61,116 nucleotides of DNA, filler included, from Dirinaria sp. TL-2023a (GCA_051941275.1; 3 parts of 3 records of this genome joined end to end with filler, not necessarily neighbours in it); one strand, 5' to 3'. Shown: positions 22,298 through 36,731, counted from the whole stretch's first letter. Program-made: numbers and translations. Notes: generated by a model from the letters alone, not told the origin.

Positions 22298-25204
22298 ATG
22301 GAGGAGTACTCCTTCGCAAATTCCAGTGCTCTCGATTTCCCCGTCAACGTAAAAATGTCCGTACGTATATCAACCTCTGATACCCTTCTACTGACCCAGC
22401 TCGTAGAGGGACCTTGGAAGGGCAATACCAACCGCCTCCTTTGTCGACTTTATTGAGACAACCCGAACTTAGGCATATACCCTCGAATATTAGGTAACTC
22501 ATTCTTTCGCCATACTAAGCGTAGGATACTGATGTTGGACAAGTCCATACTCGGACCTTTATGTAACCGTGCAGCTATGGGCCGACTCCAAACCCTTGAC
22601 TGTGCCAGTCCAAACAGCCTATCGTGCTTTCACCAAATCACGTACATGGAATGAATGGCTAGAATTACCCATCAGTATTTCAGACCTTCCTCTCAGCTCC
22701 CAGCTGGCAATCACCATATGGGATCTGTCACCCGCGGGAGGAGAGGGCGCTCGAGGACATGCAATACCCTTTGGAGGGACTACAGTGCCCTTGTTCGATA
22801 GTGACAATACTTTACAGAAAGGCCGACAAAAATGTAAGATCTATCGCCACAAAGCTGCAGACGGCCTTTCTTCCTCCAAAACGCCTGCCGTTCCACCCCG
22901 GAGAAAGAACCGAGGGCAGAATGTTAAGAGCGAGCATAGTCTCACTCGTGATGAGGAAGAACTAGAGAGATTAGAGAAAATGTTCAAGAAACATGAGATG
23001 GGCGAAATTCCACGTGTGGACTGGCTCGATCAACTCGTTTTCAAAGCAGTGGAGAAGAAGCGTCAAGAAGTGGAGGCGTCTGCGAAATTGGCTTGGAAAA
23101 GCACCCGCATCGCGAAAAAGGCTTTGGAAGCCAATGACGTGGGAAGAAATGATAATGTGTCACCAGACGAGGCTGAGGAAGTCGAAGAAGCCGACGAGGA
23201 GAAGTACACTTTGAACATCGATTTTCCACGCTTCGACTTTCCCATCGTCTTCACTGACTTCGAATATTCTCCACCACCAATCTCCTCGCTAATGCCCAGT
23301 GGCTCGGGAAATATCAATCTCAAGCCACCACCCGAAGTCCAGCTTGGTCCAGGTATCAAGGGCACCGTTGGTGTGCCAGGCGAGGATGAGAATGCGCCTC
23401 CATTGATAAGGATCTACGATCCCGAAGTAGGCGCTAAAGACAACCCAGCTGAAAGCAAGCATAGAAGGCTTGTGCGAAGTCAACGCACAGGCGTACTGGA
23501 CCGAGACCTCAAACCCAATGCTAAAATACGGGACGAGCTTAATACCATAGTGTCATATGGACCTACACAAGAGCTCAACGCCGATGAAAAGGATCTGATA
23601 TGGAAGTTCCGACACCATCTCACAAAGGATAAGAGGGCACTGACCAAATTCGTCAAATCGGTGGCCTGGCAAGACCAGAACGAAGCCCGCCAAGCCGTCC
23701 AGCTTCTACCAAAATGGACAGAGATTGATGTTGATGATGCTCTCGAGCTTCTAGGCCCAACATTCGATAATCCAGCCGTGCGAGCATATGCTGTTGATCG
23801 GTTGCGAGAGTCGGACGATGATGAGCTTTTGCTTTACTTACTACAACTTGTTCAAGCATTGAAATTTGAAAAGATCGCGTCTGAAACAGATTCCGGCAGC
23901 ACACAAGATTCTTCTCTGGCGAGATTTCTGATACAACGCGCAACCAAGAGCGAAATGTTAGGCAACTATCTGCATTGGTATCTCATGGTGGAGTGCGACG
24001 ACCGTGGTCCTGATCAGCAGGAAAAGCATCGCAAGCTCTTTGCGAAGGTCGAATATGATTTTATGGCGGAGCTGATGCAGATGTCTGATGGACCCGACCG
24101 TCGAAAGACTCTGTTGCGACAGGGTGAAATGATCACAGTCCTTTCGAAGATTTCGAAGGAGATCCGTTTCTCACGAGAGGATCGACTTAAAAAAACGCAG
24201 CGCCTACTCAAATTTCTCAAAGACCCTAAAAACGAGTTATTGTCCTATGATCCGCCGTTTCCTTTACCATTAGACCCTAGTGTCTCTATCGTGGGCATGT
24301 TTCCCGATGATTCTTCAGTCTTCAAATCCTCCCTGTTCCCGCTCCTCCTTCACTTCAAGACCTCCGACGGCAAGAAATATCCAATCATTTTCAAGACTGG
24401 TGACGACTTGCGCCAAGATCAGCTCGTCATTCAGATCATCTCTTTGATGGACCGATTATTAAGGAAGGAGAATCTAGACCTCAAGCTCTCGCCCTATAGA
24501 ATTCTAGCTACTAGCGCTACCGCTGGAGCTGTACAATTCGTACCCTCCTTGAGCTTGGCAGCGGCTTCGAATAAATACAAAGGTAGCATTCTAAACTATC
24601 TAAAAACTAACAACCCCGACGCCAAGGAGGATCTAGGTGTGCGCAAGGAGACCATGGATACCTATGTCAAAAGCTGCGCAGGCTACTGCGTGATCACTTA
24701 CTTATTAGGCGTCGGCGACCGTCATCTCGATAATCTGCTTCTTGCCCCAGACGGTAATTTCCATATTATATTCATGGCGTCAAATTTATTAACTTCTCTT
24801 CAGGTCACTTTTTTCATGCTGATTTTGGCTACATTCTTGGAAGAGATCCCAAACCGTTTGCGCCAGCTATGAAACTCTGCAAGGAAATGGTTGAAGGCAT
24901 GGGCGGGTCCAGCTCGCCTTACTACTCTGCTTTCAAATCGTACTGCTTTACCGCATACACAACGCTTCGAAAATCTAGTAATCTGATTCTGAATCTATTC
25001 GCGCTTATGGTTGATGCAAACATTCAAGACATAAAAATAGAGCCTGACAAGGCCGTCTTGAAGGTCAGGGAACGATTTCACTTGGAACTCAGCGAGGAAG
25101 AGGCAATTAGAGGCTTTGAGCAATTAATTGGGGATAGTGTGGGTAGTTGGGCGCCTGTGGTGATCGATACTATACACAACATGATGCAAGGTCTAAGGGC
25201 ATGA
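22298..25204 (+). CDS. vps34: Class III phosphatidylinositol 3-kinase Vps34
   Basis: Exons 22298-22356, 22407-22493, 22544-24753 and 24804-25204 splice in frame. C2 domain (SDLYVTVQLW, WNEWLELPI), PIK helical domain, and kinase motifs FKTGDDLRQDQLV, SCAGYCVITYLLGVGDRHLDN and HADFGYILGRDPKP. Confidence 0.98.
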
Positions 25205-25718
25205 TCTCTGCTAAACTATCTTATTCAGGCATTAGCAGCGGACGGCCTCTACAGGATCCACTGGAAAATGGTTCAAGAAGAGCGAGGTAAAACTTCAAGC
25301 CAGTTAAGTAAGATTCATCGTATTCACGTTCCTGTCATGCATAGACACACTTTGTTTTGTCATAATCTGGTGTCTATTATCGATGGTGCCGCAGTCTCGA
25401 GTTCCAGTCCCATACATTCTAGCTTCAGAAGACAAACCGGCTCAAATTTATATCCATTATGAGAGATTAGACAGAGCTCTCGAAAGCAAAGTCCGAACTA
25501 GGGTCGAGACAGAAAGAGATAGAGGTTCGTGGTGGTAACTGTAGGCGGAATTATAAGTGGAATGTGTGGAAGAGCATTTGAATTTATACGGCGTAAGATG
25601 CTCATGGAATGCATAATGGTCCTATAAAAAAACCCCCCACCCAAAGCAAACCACACCAAAAACCTAGGTCTACCGCCTAGATGCTCGAGCACTCTCCACG
25701 AGTGCTGCTATCGATTCC

Positions 25719-26439
25719 CTAACTCGAGAAAAAAAATTCTCGAAACCATTCGCGAGCAACAGAGAGCAGCTCTCGTGCCCTCGATCCCAACTCCTGTGGT
25801 GCTGAAAATTCAACCCATCCGCTCGTTGAATCCTGGAGCATTGCCCTCAAACTCTCGTTGATGCTCGCAATAGTGCCACCGCGTTCGCCACGCTCTGTGC
25901 CAGACAGAATGCAGCCAAGGTCGCACTTCACCGAATTCGAGCCACTATCGTACTGATGCCTCTGCCGCCGGCTAGACAGCACATCCCGACTGTTGGCGAA
26001 AACGTGTGAAGCTGTCTCCAAGATCTCACGGTCGAGACCCAACTGGACGCTGCATTCTGGATGCCACTTTTGTTTCTTGTGGTTGAATGCAGATTTGATG
26101 GCTTTCTTGTCTGCATCTTTAGGTACTGAGAGGACTTTGTAGTGGTCCGGATAAGAGAGCCAGCTCAGATCCTGTGCTGGGATACCTGATGCTTCTGTCC
26201 GTTAGCTCATGGGAACTTTCAATAAAAAAGGGTGAAAACTCCTGATACTTACCATCTTGCAAAGCGCCACAGTCGGGTGCAGTGGTATTGTCGAAAATTG
26301 ATTTGAAAGGGACTAGAAAGAGCGTGACCGCCAGGGCTAGCGTTAGCAGTCCGATGACAGTCTTGGATCCAAAACGTCCTGAAATGCCGGTACCAGCCGG
26401 TTTCTCTTTTGTGACTGTGTTGCTGTGTTTTGAAGGCAT
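25719..26439 (-). CDS. Membrane-anchored J-domain-like protein with HPE in place of HPD (about 217 aa, 2 exons)
   Basis: Exon 1 26439-26253 encodes a hydrophobic helix VIGLLTLALAVTLFLVPF. Intron GTAAGT...GCTAAC...CAG. Exon 2 (26185 or 26194 to 25719) reads DHYKVLSVPKDADKKAIKSAFNHKKQKWHPE...ASHVFANSRDVLSSRRQRHQYD, a J-domain pattern. Confidence 0.78.
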
Positions 26440-27325
26440 GTTGGAGGTTAAATAGAATGCTAATCAAGAGCAGTGAACTTTGGATGACTTCCTTCGCAGC
26501 CAGCGCGACTTAGGTATTTATGCCAATTGAAAGAAGGGTTTCTAAATAAAGAAAGACTGCATTTTCGCCAATCAATGGCTTTGTTTCCAACGCCTGTCAT
26601 TACAGATGAGAGAAATCAGAGAATGCTCTTTGTTGTTGAGATGACGCAATTTAGTCTGACAATCGAGGTCCGGTCACTTCTTTGCCAGTCCATTCAACGT
26701 ATGCTAGGAATACGATTTCCTAATGGCCAGCATACTGAAAAAAAAATGATTGCCCTTGCCACCTGAAACAATGCAAAACCGACCCAGTCGAGCATAGTAA
26801 ATGCCACATTGATGTTCTAGTCTAAATGCTGAGAAAGAGACCGGATGAAGGGAAAGGTGCTCTGAGAGCTCGTGCACAGTACGCAATTGCAGTGTGAATG
26901 AGAATGCCAGCTCAGCTATGTTGACTGACAAGACGAGTGTTGCAGTTGATCACAACGGTTTAGGACAGTATATCCAGATCATGTTGACGACTCAGAAGCG
27001 TGGATGCGCTATGGTTCATCAAAGTCCGACGCTTCAAGTCGGGCCATTGGTATTTTCCCTCTGACTCATCGTCATGTGGATCTATTCTCAAACGCTGTGC
27101 TCGTTCATACGACTTACGAGATGATCCATGATCTGCGACAGAGGACAAGAGAGGACGCCCCTCTTTACCTATACCAAAATCATTGTTGAGTTCATTACAG
27201 GCAAAGTAGCTTTACTCTACAATTATATGCATCGAGATCGTGCTCATTCGGATCGAAGAAGCACCTGCACCGGCTCTTCTATTTTGCCGCTTATTGAACC
27301 AAGTCTGCATACTTGGGACAATGAA

Positions 27326-27361
27326 AAGAAGAAGAAGAAGAAGAAGAAGAAGAAGAAGAAG
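27326..27361. repeat. (AAG)12 microsatellite
   Basis: Read directly from the sequence. Confidence 0.9.
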
Positions 27362-30300
27362 AACAAAAAGAAAAAAGCGTAACATCGACTCCCTTCAATT
27401 TTTAAATCCAGGTATCGTGGTTAGCTGCTATTGAAACACGATTGGTTTGGCTTCGGAAGGCAACCATAATGTTGCAGACGTGCAATACTTCCTTGAATCC
27501 ATTAGAGCTCTGACTCCATTGCTTGCGAATCGACAGTCTCGGATTAGGAGAAGATTTGCTTGTGTTCAAAAGCTTTTGCAATGCTGTTATACTCCTCGTT
27601 TAACATTTGTCTTCTTCTTTTTTTTGTGTGTGTCCGTCGAAGCTCCTTCGAACGCTGCAGCATAATACAGGACCAAGAAATTTCATCCTTCTAGGAACTG
27701 AGATTGAATGAAAGTAAAGCTTGCTGTCAACAAAAATGGAATAGCTATGCCGTACTCTTAGCTTCTGCATTGGTCTAGTTGCTAAAGGTTGGGGATAATT
27801 TCGTCAAGTTAGATGTATGTGTAGGAGGTTAAGGTTAGCTGATCTGAGGCGATGAGCGAATTCTTAACGAAAAGGCAAAGCATACAGATCTGGAAACTAA
27901 GAGCGAGCTCTGTCTTACGGACGATTTTATATCCGCTTCTGAAGCCCAGTCTAAGCAACGTCCAGAGAAAGATTGACATTCTTAGAGATTTCGGCGCTTC
28001 GACGGCTGTGCAACACCTACAGAATTTGTTCATCCCAGCAGCGCAAATTTGATGCAACATTGTCTAGCACTCACGCTTGCTTCATGATCTTTCAATATGA
28101 AGAAATATACTCCATGACTTTACGCTTCCAGAATTCTTCTGGGAAAAATCAACCAAGACTTGAACAATTGCCTCACTTAGCATCTTCCATCTACATGTTC
28201 GACTTCAGACGATCGACCTCATCTATACCCTGACAAGCAATGTCTCGTATGAACTGGCGTTACTCGATAACTATCATAAACTCTGTAATCTACGTAGCCG
28301 GCAATCCCATCGCTACGATCCTTCCAACGACTACAATACATCTTCCAATTAGGCGCACGCTAATCCCAGGTTCTATATTCAATATAAGGAGTGTGGCATG
28401 AGTAAGAAGCAGCGATTTCGGATTTTTCTTCTACAGATGGTTTTTATTGAAGTGAATTTGTCTCGGTGTTTCTTTTCTGAGGCTTCCAGATATATACGAG
28501 TTTCTATGGACAAGGAAAACATCAGAGATTGTAATTTTCAAAGTTTTCGAATGATGTTCGAGCTATCTTTTCGTGGCACTTTTTGCTATACAAACCTTTA
28601 GCTGGCGGAGACTAACGCAGTCACCACACTCCATCCACCCGAACCACGCTCCAAACATCCTGGCCAAGAAAACCATATCCGGCTTGCTGGAGAATGACAT
28701 TTGCGATTATATAGACAAATATACTCGTCCTCAACTTAAAAACCAATCACCACACCAAACCTTTTCCTCAGCACCCTATATATCCAAAATACTACCACAA
28801 CGAGCTCGAGTTGGCAGGTAGTAGACTCTAGGTCCTGTAACGATTTCATTTCCATCCATGACCATTCCGTAGGAATTAAGATAGTAGGCGGAGGTATATC
28901 GAATGATTCAGCTGCTGAAACATGGGAGTAGATCCATCAAATATGATTTTACAAGTGTATGGTTTGAAGGGGATGGGAGATGCTGGTATATCTCGTCGGA
29001 GGTGTAAGTCCGCTTGCCTCGGTAAATAAATGTCACTTCTTAAGTCTGAGTAGAACTGTATGGTGGAATTTTTTCAGAGAACGGGTCGTCGCTTTAGATA
29101 TAGCATCATTCTGCGTCTGCGCAGAGTTCTTGTATTTTTCATGGAACAATGCCGTTCTCCGCCCTGAGATACAGTTTCTTTTCAATATCTAGCATCTTCC
29201 GATCGTCGTTCTTGATCCATTCAGCCTCGTCAAGCTCCGAAAACATATTGTAGTCTTTTTTTTTGATAGCGAATGGAAACTCAATAACTCCGCAGCGTTC
29301 AAACATCTCCCGATACACCTTAATCTCCCTGAAGGCTGCTACCTGTAATCCTCATTGCGTTCAGTCGAAGAGCCCAAGTCTTACCTGACCCTAGGGATCC
29401 AAAAGTCTCCTAAGCTAACCAAATCAAGCTTTCCATCAAATCTCTGTCGGGCTGAGGGCCGAAAAATACCTCTAAACAAAAACAAGCTCAGCAAACCCTA
29501 GCGCTAACCTAGTCCAGGTTCTCATCGCATTTCCATCGGATCGTGGTGAGGAAGATAATATTTTTAGCAGCAATGTGTCGTTTTGGAGGTCAAGGTAAGG
29601 TAGAATCGGGTGCTTGACGGCCACGGCTGATTAAATGCTAAAATAAGCTTTCTATCAGTATCAGATACCTTACTTATCGAGCTGAGAAGAGGGAACATAA
29701 TCCTCCTATTTCAAAATCACAATCAAAATCACCACCCCGCTTCAAAACCACGAAACACTTACAAAACTCCCCATACTAACCCCAACCCAGCTTCCCTCCA
29801 CATCTCTATCGAATCGCAAACAAAACGTCCTCGAACGCAAACGTCATTCATGTACAGCTAAGATCCATAAAGGACCCAGATCACAATAAAGCCACGCTAG
29901 GCTACCTCGGCCCGATCTTTGTCATTAGCTTTGTAAGCAAGCTGAACTTCATTAAACTCTTCAGCTTAGATGATAAAGTAGATATATACTTTCCAGAAGT
30001 TACATCATTTAATTTAAACTTCGTGAGGGCAAGCTTTTTGAGGAATAGGGGCAGGGATCAGTGAGTTGCTCACGGCGATCCTGTGGCAGAGTAACAGGAA
30101 CAGCAGGCATGCTTGACTCGTTGAGCAGATCCTTAAATTTACCTAATAGAATGATTTGTATGACTCGTGCCGTCACTGATTGTAATCTTTGGATGATTGT
30201 TGGTATTCATAATAGTCATTCGCAAAACATGAAAGCCGTAACTTTAGTCACGACTGCTAGCCTACTCTATCCGCTGATTTGGTTTTGGATCCATCAAGCA

Positions 30301-30582
30301 AGATTACAGATTTTCGCAAAAGCCCTCCAAAAGTGCAGGCATTGATATCCTGTTCTTCAGAAATAATGATAGAAAGGAGAGCTTGAACTCATATCGGTAT
30401 AGATTGTTGCAAAAATGCCCTTCCTGGGAAACAGATCGGGGAATTGGGTTCCCGCGGTTCTCAGAGAGTCTCAGGCATGCATACTGATGTTTCGTGAGCG
30501 GAGGATCCAGCACGTTGAAGTTCTTATAAATTGAAGTTCAATTGGAGCGTGGCATCGCAACAAGGGCCCGAATCATGACAAC

Positions 30583-32750
30583 TCAAATTCCGGAGTCATC
30601 CTGGTCGATCGTATGCCCTGCAAGCCACTTGTCCCATCCTTGACACGTCTTTTTGGTGGGTTCCAAGCTGCCGATGGTGGATTCGATTTGTCCCTGGCGT
30701 TCCAGGATCTGGAGTGCTAGGCCAGATGATGCGTGCCATGCTGTCACACACCGAACCAGTCAGCAAATTGAACAGTATATTAATAACGCATTGGAAAAGC
30801 AGCTTACCAATGTGGCAATGTATCAGCCATATTCCTGGATTGTCGGGTTTGAATGCAATAGCCAGGTAACCACCAGCAGGCAAAAGCGCAACATCTCTCC
30901 GGGGTGGGTTGTTGAAGTTAAAGGTCTTTGCACTTTCAGTGACACTATAGTTGGCAGTGCTCTGGGCGAGAATTGCGAAATCGTGGCCGTGGAGATGGAT
31001 GGGATGCGCGGCCGTTGCGAGAAACTTATTCTTTTGAAATATCAGCTGAGTGGTGATTACCAAATACACGTAGCCTCGGGAGTAGTCTTCCTCCACGATC
31101 GCGTACTCCGGATTGAACGTCTTGTTGGCAAGGTTGAGGATAGTAGGGGATGAAAAATTAAGCCTAGGTAAAGGTAAGCTTGTTTTGTGGAGACGGCGCA
31201 GAAGCATACCATAGGGGTGTGTCTGTCAGATCCCATCGGTTCGCACCATGTGTGGGGGTTTTGTCGATGTCGGCTTCGAATGTGTCTTTTACGACGTCAT
31301 TGTCGGCTTGAGTCGAGACGCACCACGGTACTACAGGCACAAGGTTCCCTGGAGGTTCGTCCGCGCACAAAAGACTGAGGCTGGTATGATTTGTCGACGT
31401 GGGAAATGCTGTACTTTTGGGATCATAGCGGATGACCCCGCTTAGTGGTTTGTTGTCCGTAATGTTGCCGCAGTTATCGGAGACCAACGTGCGTATCCAG
31501 TAGTTACCATCAGCTTGCACTGGGGCAGATGGGTTGGCCTCAACAATGACCGCGTACCTTTGGCCTACAGACTTCTGAGCTACACTGAAACCAAAATAGT
31601 GATTGCATGCAAATTTACCTATGCCAATGTGTATTGACTGATTCTTATAGGGATGAATGGGTACAAAATCGTTAGTTACTATCTGCAGGAAATGGTTGTC
31701 TATGGTGAACACAAAGCTGGATTCAGTTGATGAATTGATCAGATATAGGAGATATCGTTTGCCTTTTTGGAAGACCCTACTGAAAATGGGCTTTCTCTTT
31801 GCGGCCGGGACGCATCGTGGATCAGTTGGAGAACACGTAAAATTACCTTCACAATTCCATTAGCAGAAGACGCTTATGAAACTTTCAGTCTTACCAATTC
31901 CTCCAAGGAGTACGGTCTGCATGGGCGGCCGTAATCCAGCAAGCTCAATACCGAAGTCCTGGAAAGCACTGTTGTGGCTCCAGTCGCTAATTAAAATTGG
32001 CTCCAACTGTTCGTCCCAATTCGCACTAGTCGGGCCATGTATGAGTAGAGGTCCAGCTACGCCGTCCGGGTACTGTAGCGAATAATGACTATGGTACCAA
32101 GAATGGCCATACTGGGTGGCTTTGAAATTGTAGGTAAAGGTGTCACCCGTGGCAATGGGACACTGGGTTACACCGTTCACTCCGTCAGCCTCGACAGTGT
32201 GTAATTGTCGAACGCCATGCCAATGGATTGTCGTCCCATTGGTTTTGACGAAATTGGTAACGTGGACTGTTATGTCATCGCCCCAGCAAGCTTCGATCAA
32301 TGGACCGGGATATGTATTGTTGATTACTTTACCCTCTGGCTTAAGATAACCGTCCGGGGAGATTGTGTGGTCGGATACATTAATCCAGAACTCTCGATGA
32401 ACACCCGTGGGCCATTTCTCTTCATAAGGGGTTTCGATGCTTGCGACCTCATTAGTCTTCAGATAGGGATTGATGTTTGAATGAAAAAAAACTTACTTGA
32501 AATCGCTGAATAGGGGCTGTGAAGAGCTAGGCTTTTTAAGCCAGCAGCTCCGGCTATACGGCCCGTTACAGCTTCGGTAGCCTTTCATGGCAGGATATTG
32601 GCACCGAAGCGGAAACGCCGGTGCAGCCGCGCTTGGCTGGACATCAATGGTATCCAATCCCAAAGGATGCTGAGTAGCCTCATGTTGCATCCAGGGATCG
32701 AACGAGAGCAGCCGCAAGAACGCCTCGGAGCAGGTTTTGAAAAACCCCAT
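30583..32750 (-). CDS. Laccase / multicopper oxidase (AA1, ascomycete type), 6 exons
   Basis: Copper motifs HWHG, WYHSH, HPIHLHGH and, across an intron, HCHIAWHASSGL (Leu at the axial position). C-terminal DSGI plug typical of asco-laccases. Five GT-AG introns. Confidence 0.95.
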
Positions 32751-35416
32751 AATGCTCGTAAGAAGAGAATAGATAGCTTTCTCAGCGATATTTAGAGCAC
32801 GACGTCGATTTTAAAGAGAAACACAAGAGAGGTTGGGGGCGATATGGTTGTTAATGGAGCCTCTACTTCCCTGTCGGCTGAAGCGGGAAAGTCATTGTGT
32901 AACCGTAAGCAGAGACTCGCCCTTAGTAAGCTTACAGGTTGCAATGCAGAATTCTTCCTGCAGGATGAAAAAGCGGTCCACTAACAAGCAATGATATAAC
33001 CAAATAATTATCGGTTAGCTTTCCGAGCGCTGTGAAGTTCACGAACACCGAGCTGGTGGTACGATTGTGGCTAACCGCCTTGATCCTATCATGAAAGCGG
33101 AGACCCTGGCCAGGCATCTTACGTCGACAAGGATGAGCCAATGATATCCGAATTCGACAGTTTGAAGGACGGAAGGAGTAGAATGATAGTGATTCGTAAC
33201 ATGCGGGGCTAGCAGACGAGGTGAGGTGTTGCTACCCTTACACTGCGCCATCCCGAGAGCTCGTTACTGGATCGCCAGTGCTATCGATCGACCATTCTCT
33301 CCACAAGTGATGCATGGCACCAGGAGAGATTGCTGGGATTTTCCAATGATCGGGCGATAATAATGCAGCTTTTGGGTGAAGTCGTGTTAGGTTATCAAAG
33401 CCCACAGCAACGTTTATCCGCGAGTCCAGAAACGCCAGCAAACCCCTCGTAAGTGGCTCCGCTCGAAGAATTGGTACACTGAAAATGAGATCAGCTCCAT
33501 CGAATATGGTCCGGCTTGGTAAATGGATGAGCGTCAGCCTCGTAATAGGGGGATATAGATGACACTAAAGAAAGACGGTGTCTGCCATGGGGTCCAAGAT
33601 TGCCCGTTGGGATTTCATTCATGATCCAAATCTTCGACCAAACCCGAAACTAGGACCATGATAGTAAGCAATGCCTGTTTTTGTGCTTAGCGCTAGAGAT
33701 GACGCTCGGGCCTTGAGCTCGTCACCAACGCCTCGAAGCACTCGGCAGGTCTTCACGCTACCTCGCAGAGATATGGTGCGGACACATACCGTGTGGTAAG
33801 AAAAGAAAAGGTACATTATTTATAAGTATAAAAGAGCAGCCAGAATCATTGTTATATGTAGACTGAGAATTCGCCGAGTAGGAACGCGAAATACGAGCGA
33901 CCATCTTTTCACGATTGCTAGATCAAAGAGTCCTGGCATTAAGCGAAACTTTAACTCAATCCTAGGAGATAAGTTAGATTAGCCTGCTTGGGCCAGCTGT
34001 CTTACGCTACACAAGGCGATAGCACAAGGTTCAGCTTGATGTTGGAAGCTGATCCCAAAGTGTGGCCGTTGAAGGATCATCGTGGCGTACCTTACATAAG
34101 CGCATCTTGGCAGCTTCCCAGTACGGGGGTTCATAGTACGAAAGTAAGGTAGGTAAAGTACATTATTACCTAAGGTAAGGCACAGTAAAGTACCTAGGTA
34201 GTACCCCAGATTTGTACGCCAAGAGATACCGGCCGTTAGTCGTTCCTTGGCTGCATCCGGAAGTCAAGTCGAACCCGGAGTACTTGAATCGCGATCTCAC
34301 CGTTGTGTAAGCGACGCTCTTATTTCTTTTCGATTGACGAGAACATAAGGTAAATAGGTTTGTCTGTCGGAATGGCGGTCATACAGTGTCTCAAGTGCAA
34401 TGACCAAGAACTCGCTGAGCTCCACCGGTTGAATCGGAGAATGATACTACCGCTTCCAAGGCTAGTGACGGCTCTCATGAAGGGATAGTATCAGTGATGT
34501 TTTCCATGCACACAATAACACTCAATCATCGCTTTGCTGATCAAGTTTCTTTGAGGTCGAAGAGACGTGAATGCTGATATATCTCCTGGGTATGCGATTT
34601 GTTATTCTACTAAGTATGTAATCACGAAAAGTGCAGGGCTGAGAAGTATAATTCGGACGTGTTCGACGAACTCCAAGCATTCCCGGGGATGTCCAAAATG
34701 AGCAAGAAAATCTAAGTATCTTCGACAATGCTACGTAGTTGAAAGAAATCTAGGGTGCTAGTACATGGATTGGCCCAAGGGAAGGGTCTATAGAGATGAA
34801 GGATGACTATTTGTGCCTGTTTAGGCTTAGGGTGCTTTGCCAAGACACTACTGAAACGGGTCTAGCCTCTCAGAGTCTATCCTTTGTATTCTAGACAACT
34901 TACTTTATGATCCGATATTCTTTTCCTGTATTAACCCTACGATACCATGTGCATGAACCTGTCTAGCATTGCTCGATGATAGCAGCTTGAAAGAGCATGA
35001 CAGATCTGACAGAGCGAGTCTGCCAATCAGGAGCGAGATGTAACTTGTACTGAACGACTAGAAACACCTCTTACTAGCAATCCCATGAAAAATAAGGTAG
35101 TACGGCGTTATTAAGAATATGCACAAGGCGCTCGCTCCGATAGCTTTACAGCTATCTTCGTTTGTTTGAGAGAGTTTAGTTTGGGAACGATGCAAGAGGA
35201 AGAATAATGTAAAAAATACCCTCTGAAACCGCCCATTATATGTACAGCCACCGAACCTGACGGTACGGCGGAACGATATGGGTTTGAGTCTCTGCCAGTA
35301 GTCTCATGGTCAGTCGAGCTATCTCTCAGCAGCTTCCGACATCACTCATCCAGCGATTGCTGCCAGTTGCTTATCAACTTAACTTACTGTCCACAATGCA
35401 GCCAATCGGTGTCAAA

Positions 35417-36699
35417 ATGCCAGCAATTCCTCTTCGTGGCTCAAGCAAGAATGCGACCTTAGAAGCCATTGCCGGCGAGAAGCGCAAACTTGGCGATGAT
35501 GCAGACGAGATGACCAGAAAGGTCAAAGTTTCAACCAGTTTCGATTCCGAATTCTGGCTGGATCTTTCTCAAGCCGAGACAAAGAGACTGGAAACTAGTC
35601 GCCTGCAACGTAAAATCTCCATGATATCGATGGAGTTGGATGAGACCGATGTCGCTGCCGTTAGAAGGTGGCAAGCTAGTTCCGAGGGCCAGAAATGCCT
35701 GCAAGAAGAGGAAGCCCTTAAAAGAAAGGTCGAGATTCTAGAGCGACAGGCCAAGTCGTTGCAAATCCCACTAACAAGCAAGGCTTTACGTTGCGTAAAG
35801 TCTTCACAGAGCTTTTCATTGGGGCCAAGATTGGACTAGGATTCAACAATCCACGCGGTAAACGTCCCGGCAGTCTTCAAACTCAATTCCGAAGAGAGCT
35901 TGAGACGGAAATGGAAGTCCGTGATCCCAAGTTGGGGGATACCTATTGGTGGTGTCCCGTACGAGGAGAATTCTGCGAAGGAATGAGAGCTGGCCATCTC
36001 TTTCCAAGCAAGTGCGGTGACGAGGCTATGAGGGTTATATTTGGTGAAGCCGAACTGGATAAGAGTATGTTGAAACTAGAAGAGGGTAAGAGCGAGTTGT
36101 TTCGGGCGGTCAATGGCATATTATGGTCGGAGGCGGCGGAAAAGAGGTTTTCGGAGGGGTACTTCTGCATTGTTCCTGACTTGGACGAGAACGCAACGAG
36201 AATAGAAGTTCAGGCTTGGCAGAGATCGCCAATTAAGGAATATCGCATCAGAGTCCTCAGCCCAGGTGCAAAACTGATAAAAGAGCCTCTCAGCGCAGCG
36301 CAGCTTGATATGTTATGGAAGGATATAGACGGGCGAAGACTCGATTTCAAAGGTAAGACCTTCCGTCCAAGAGCGCGGTACGTTTATTGGTCGTATATCG
36401 AAATAATGCTAAGGCATTTTTATGCCGAATCCGCCAAGGTCGAGATGATGTCTGCGGGTGAGGTGGGTCGGCAGAATGTAGGAAAGAATTATTGGGGCAG
36501 TGCGGGTTCGTATATGCGGAGGAACCAGTTGTTGGGCTTCGTTGAAGCCATGGAACACGAGTATGAGCATCTGCTTGAAGCGGCGATCGAGGAGGAGGAG
36601 GAAGAATCTGAGTCAGAAGCACCCAGTAATACCGCTGTGATGGTCGCAAACGAGAACGTCCTGCAAAAGAATAAGGCTCTTGAGGACGGAGTGGTAGAG

Positions 36700-36731
<32 letters not shown>

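Noticed and set aside
27240..27434. Poly-Lys and poly-Arg ORFs
   Set aside because: Translation of the (AAG)12 microsatellite.
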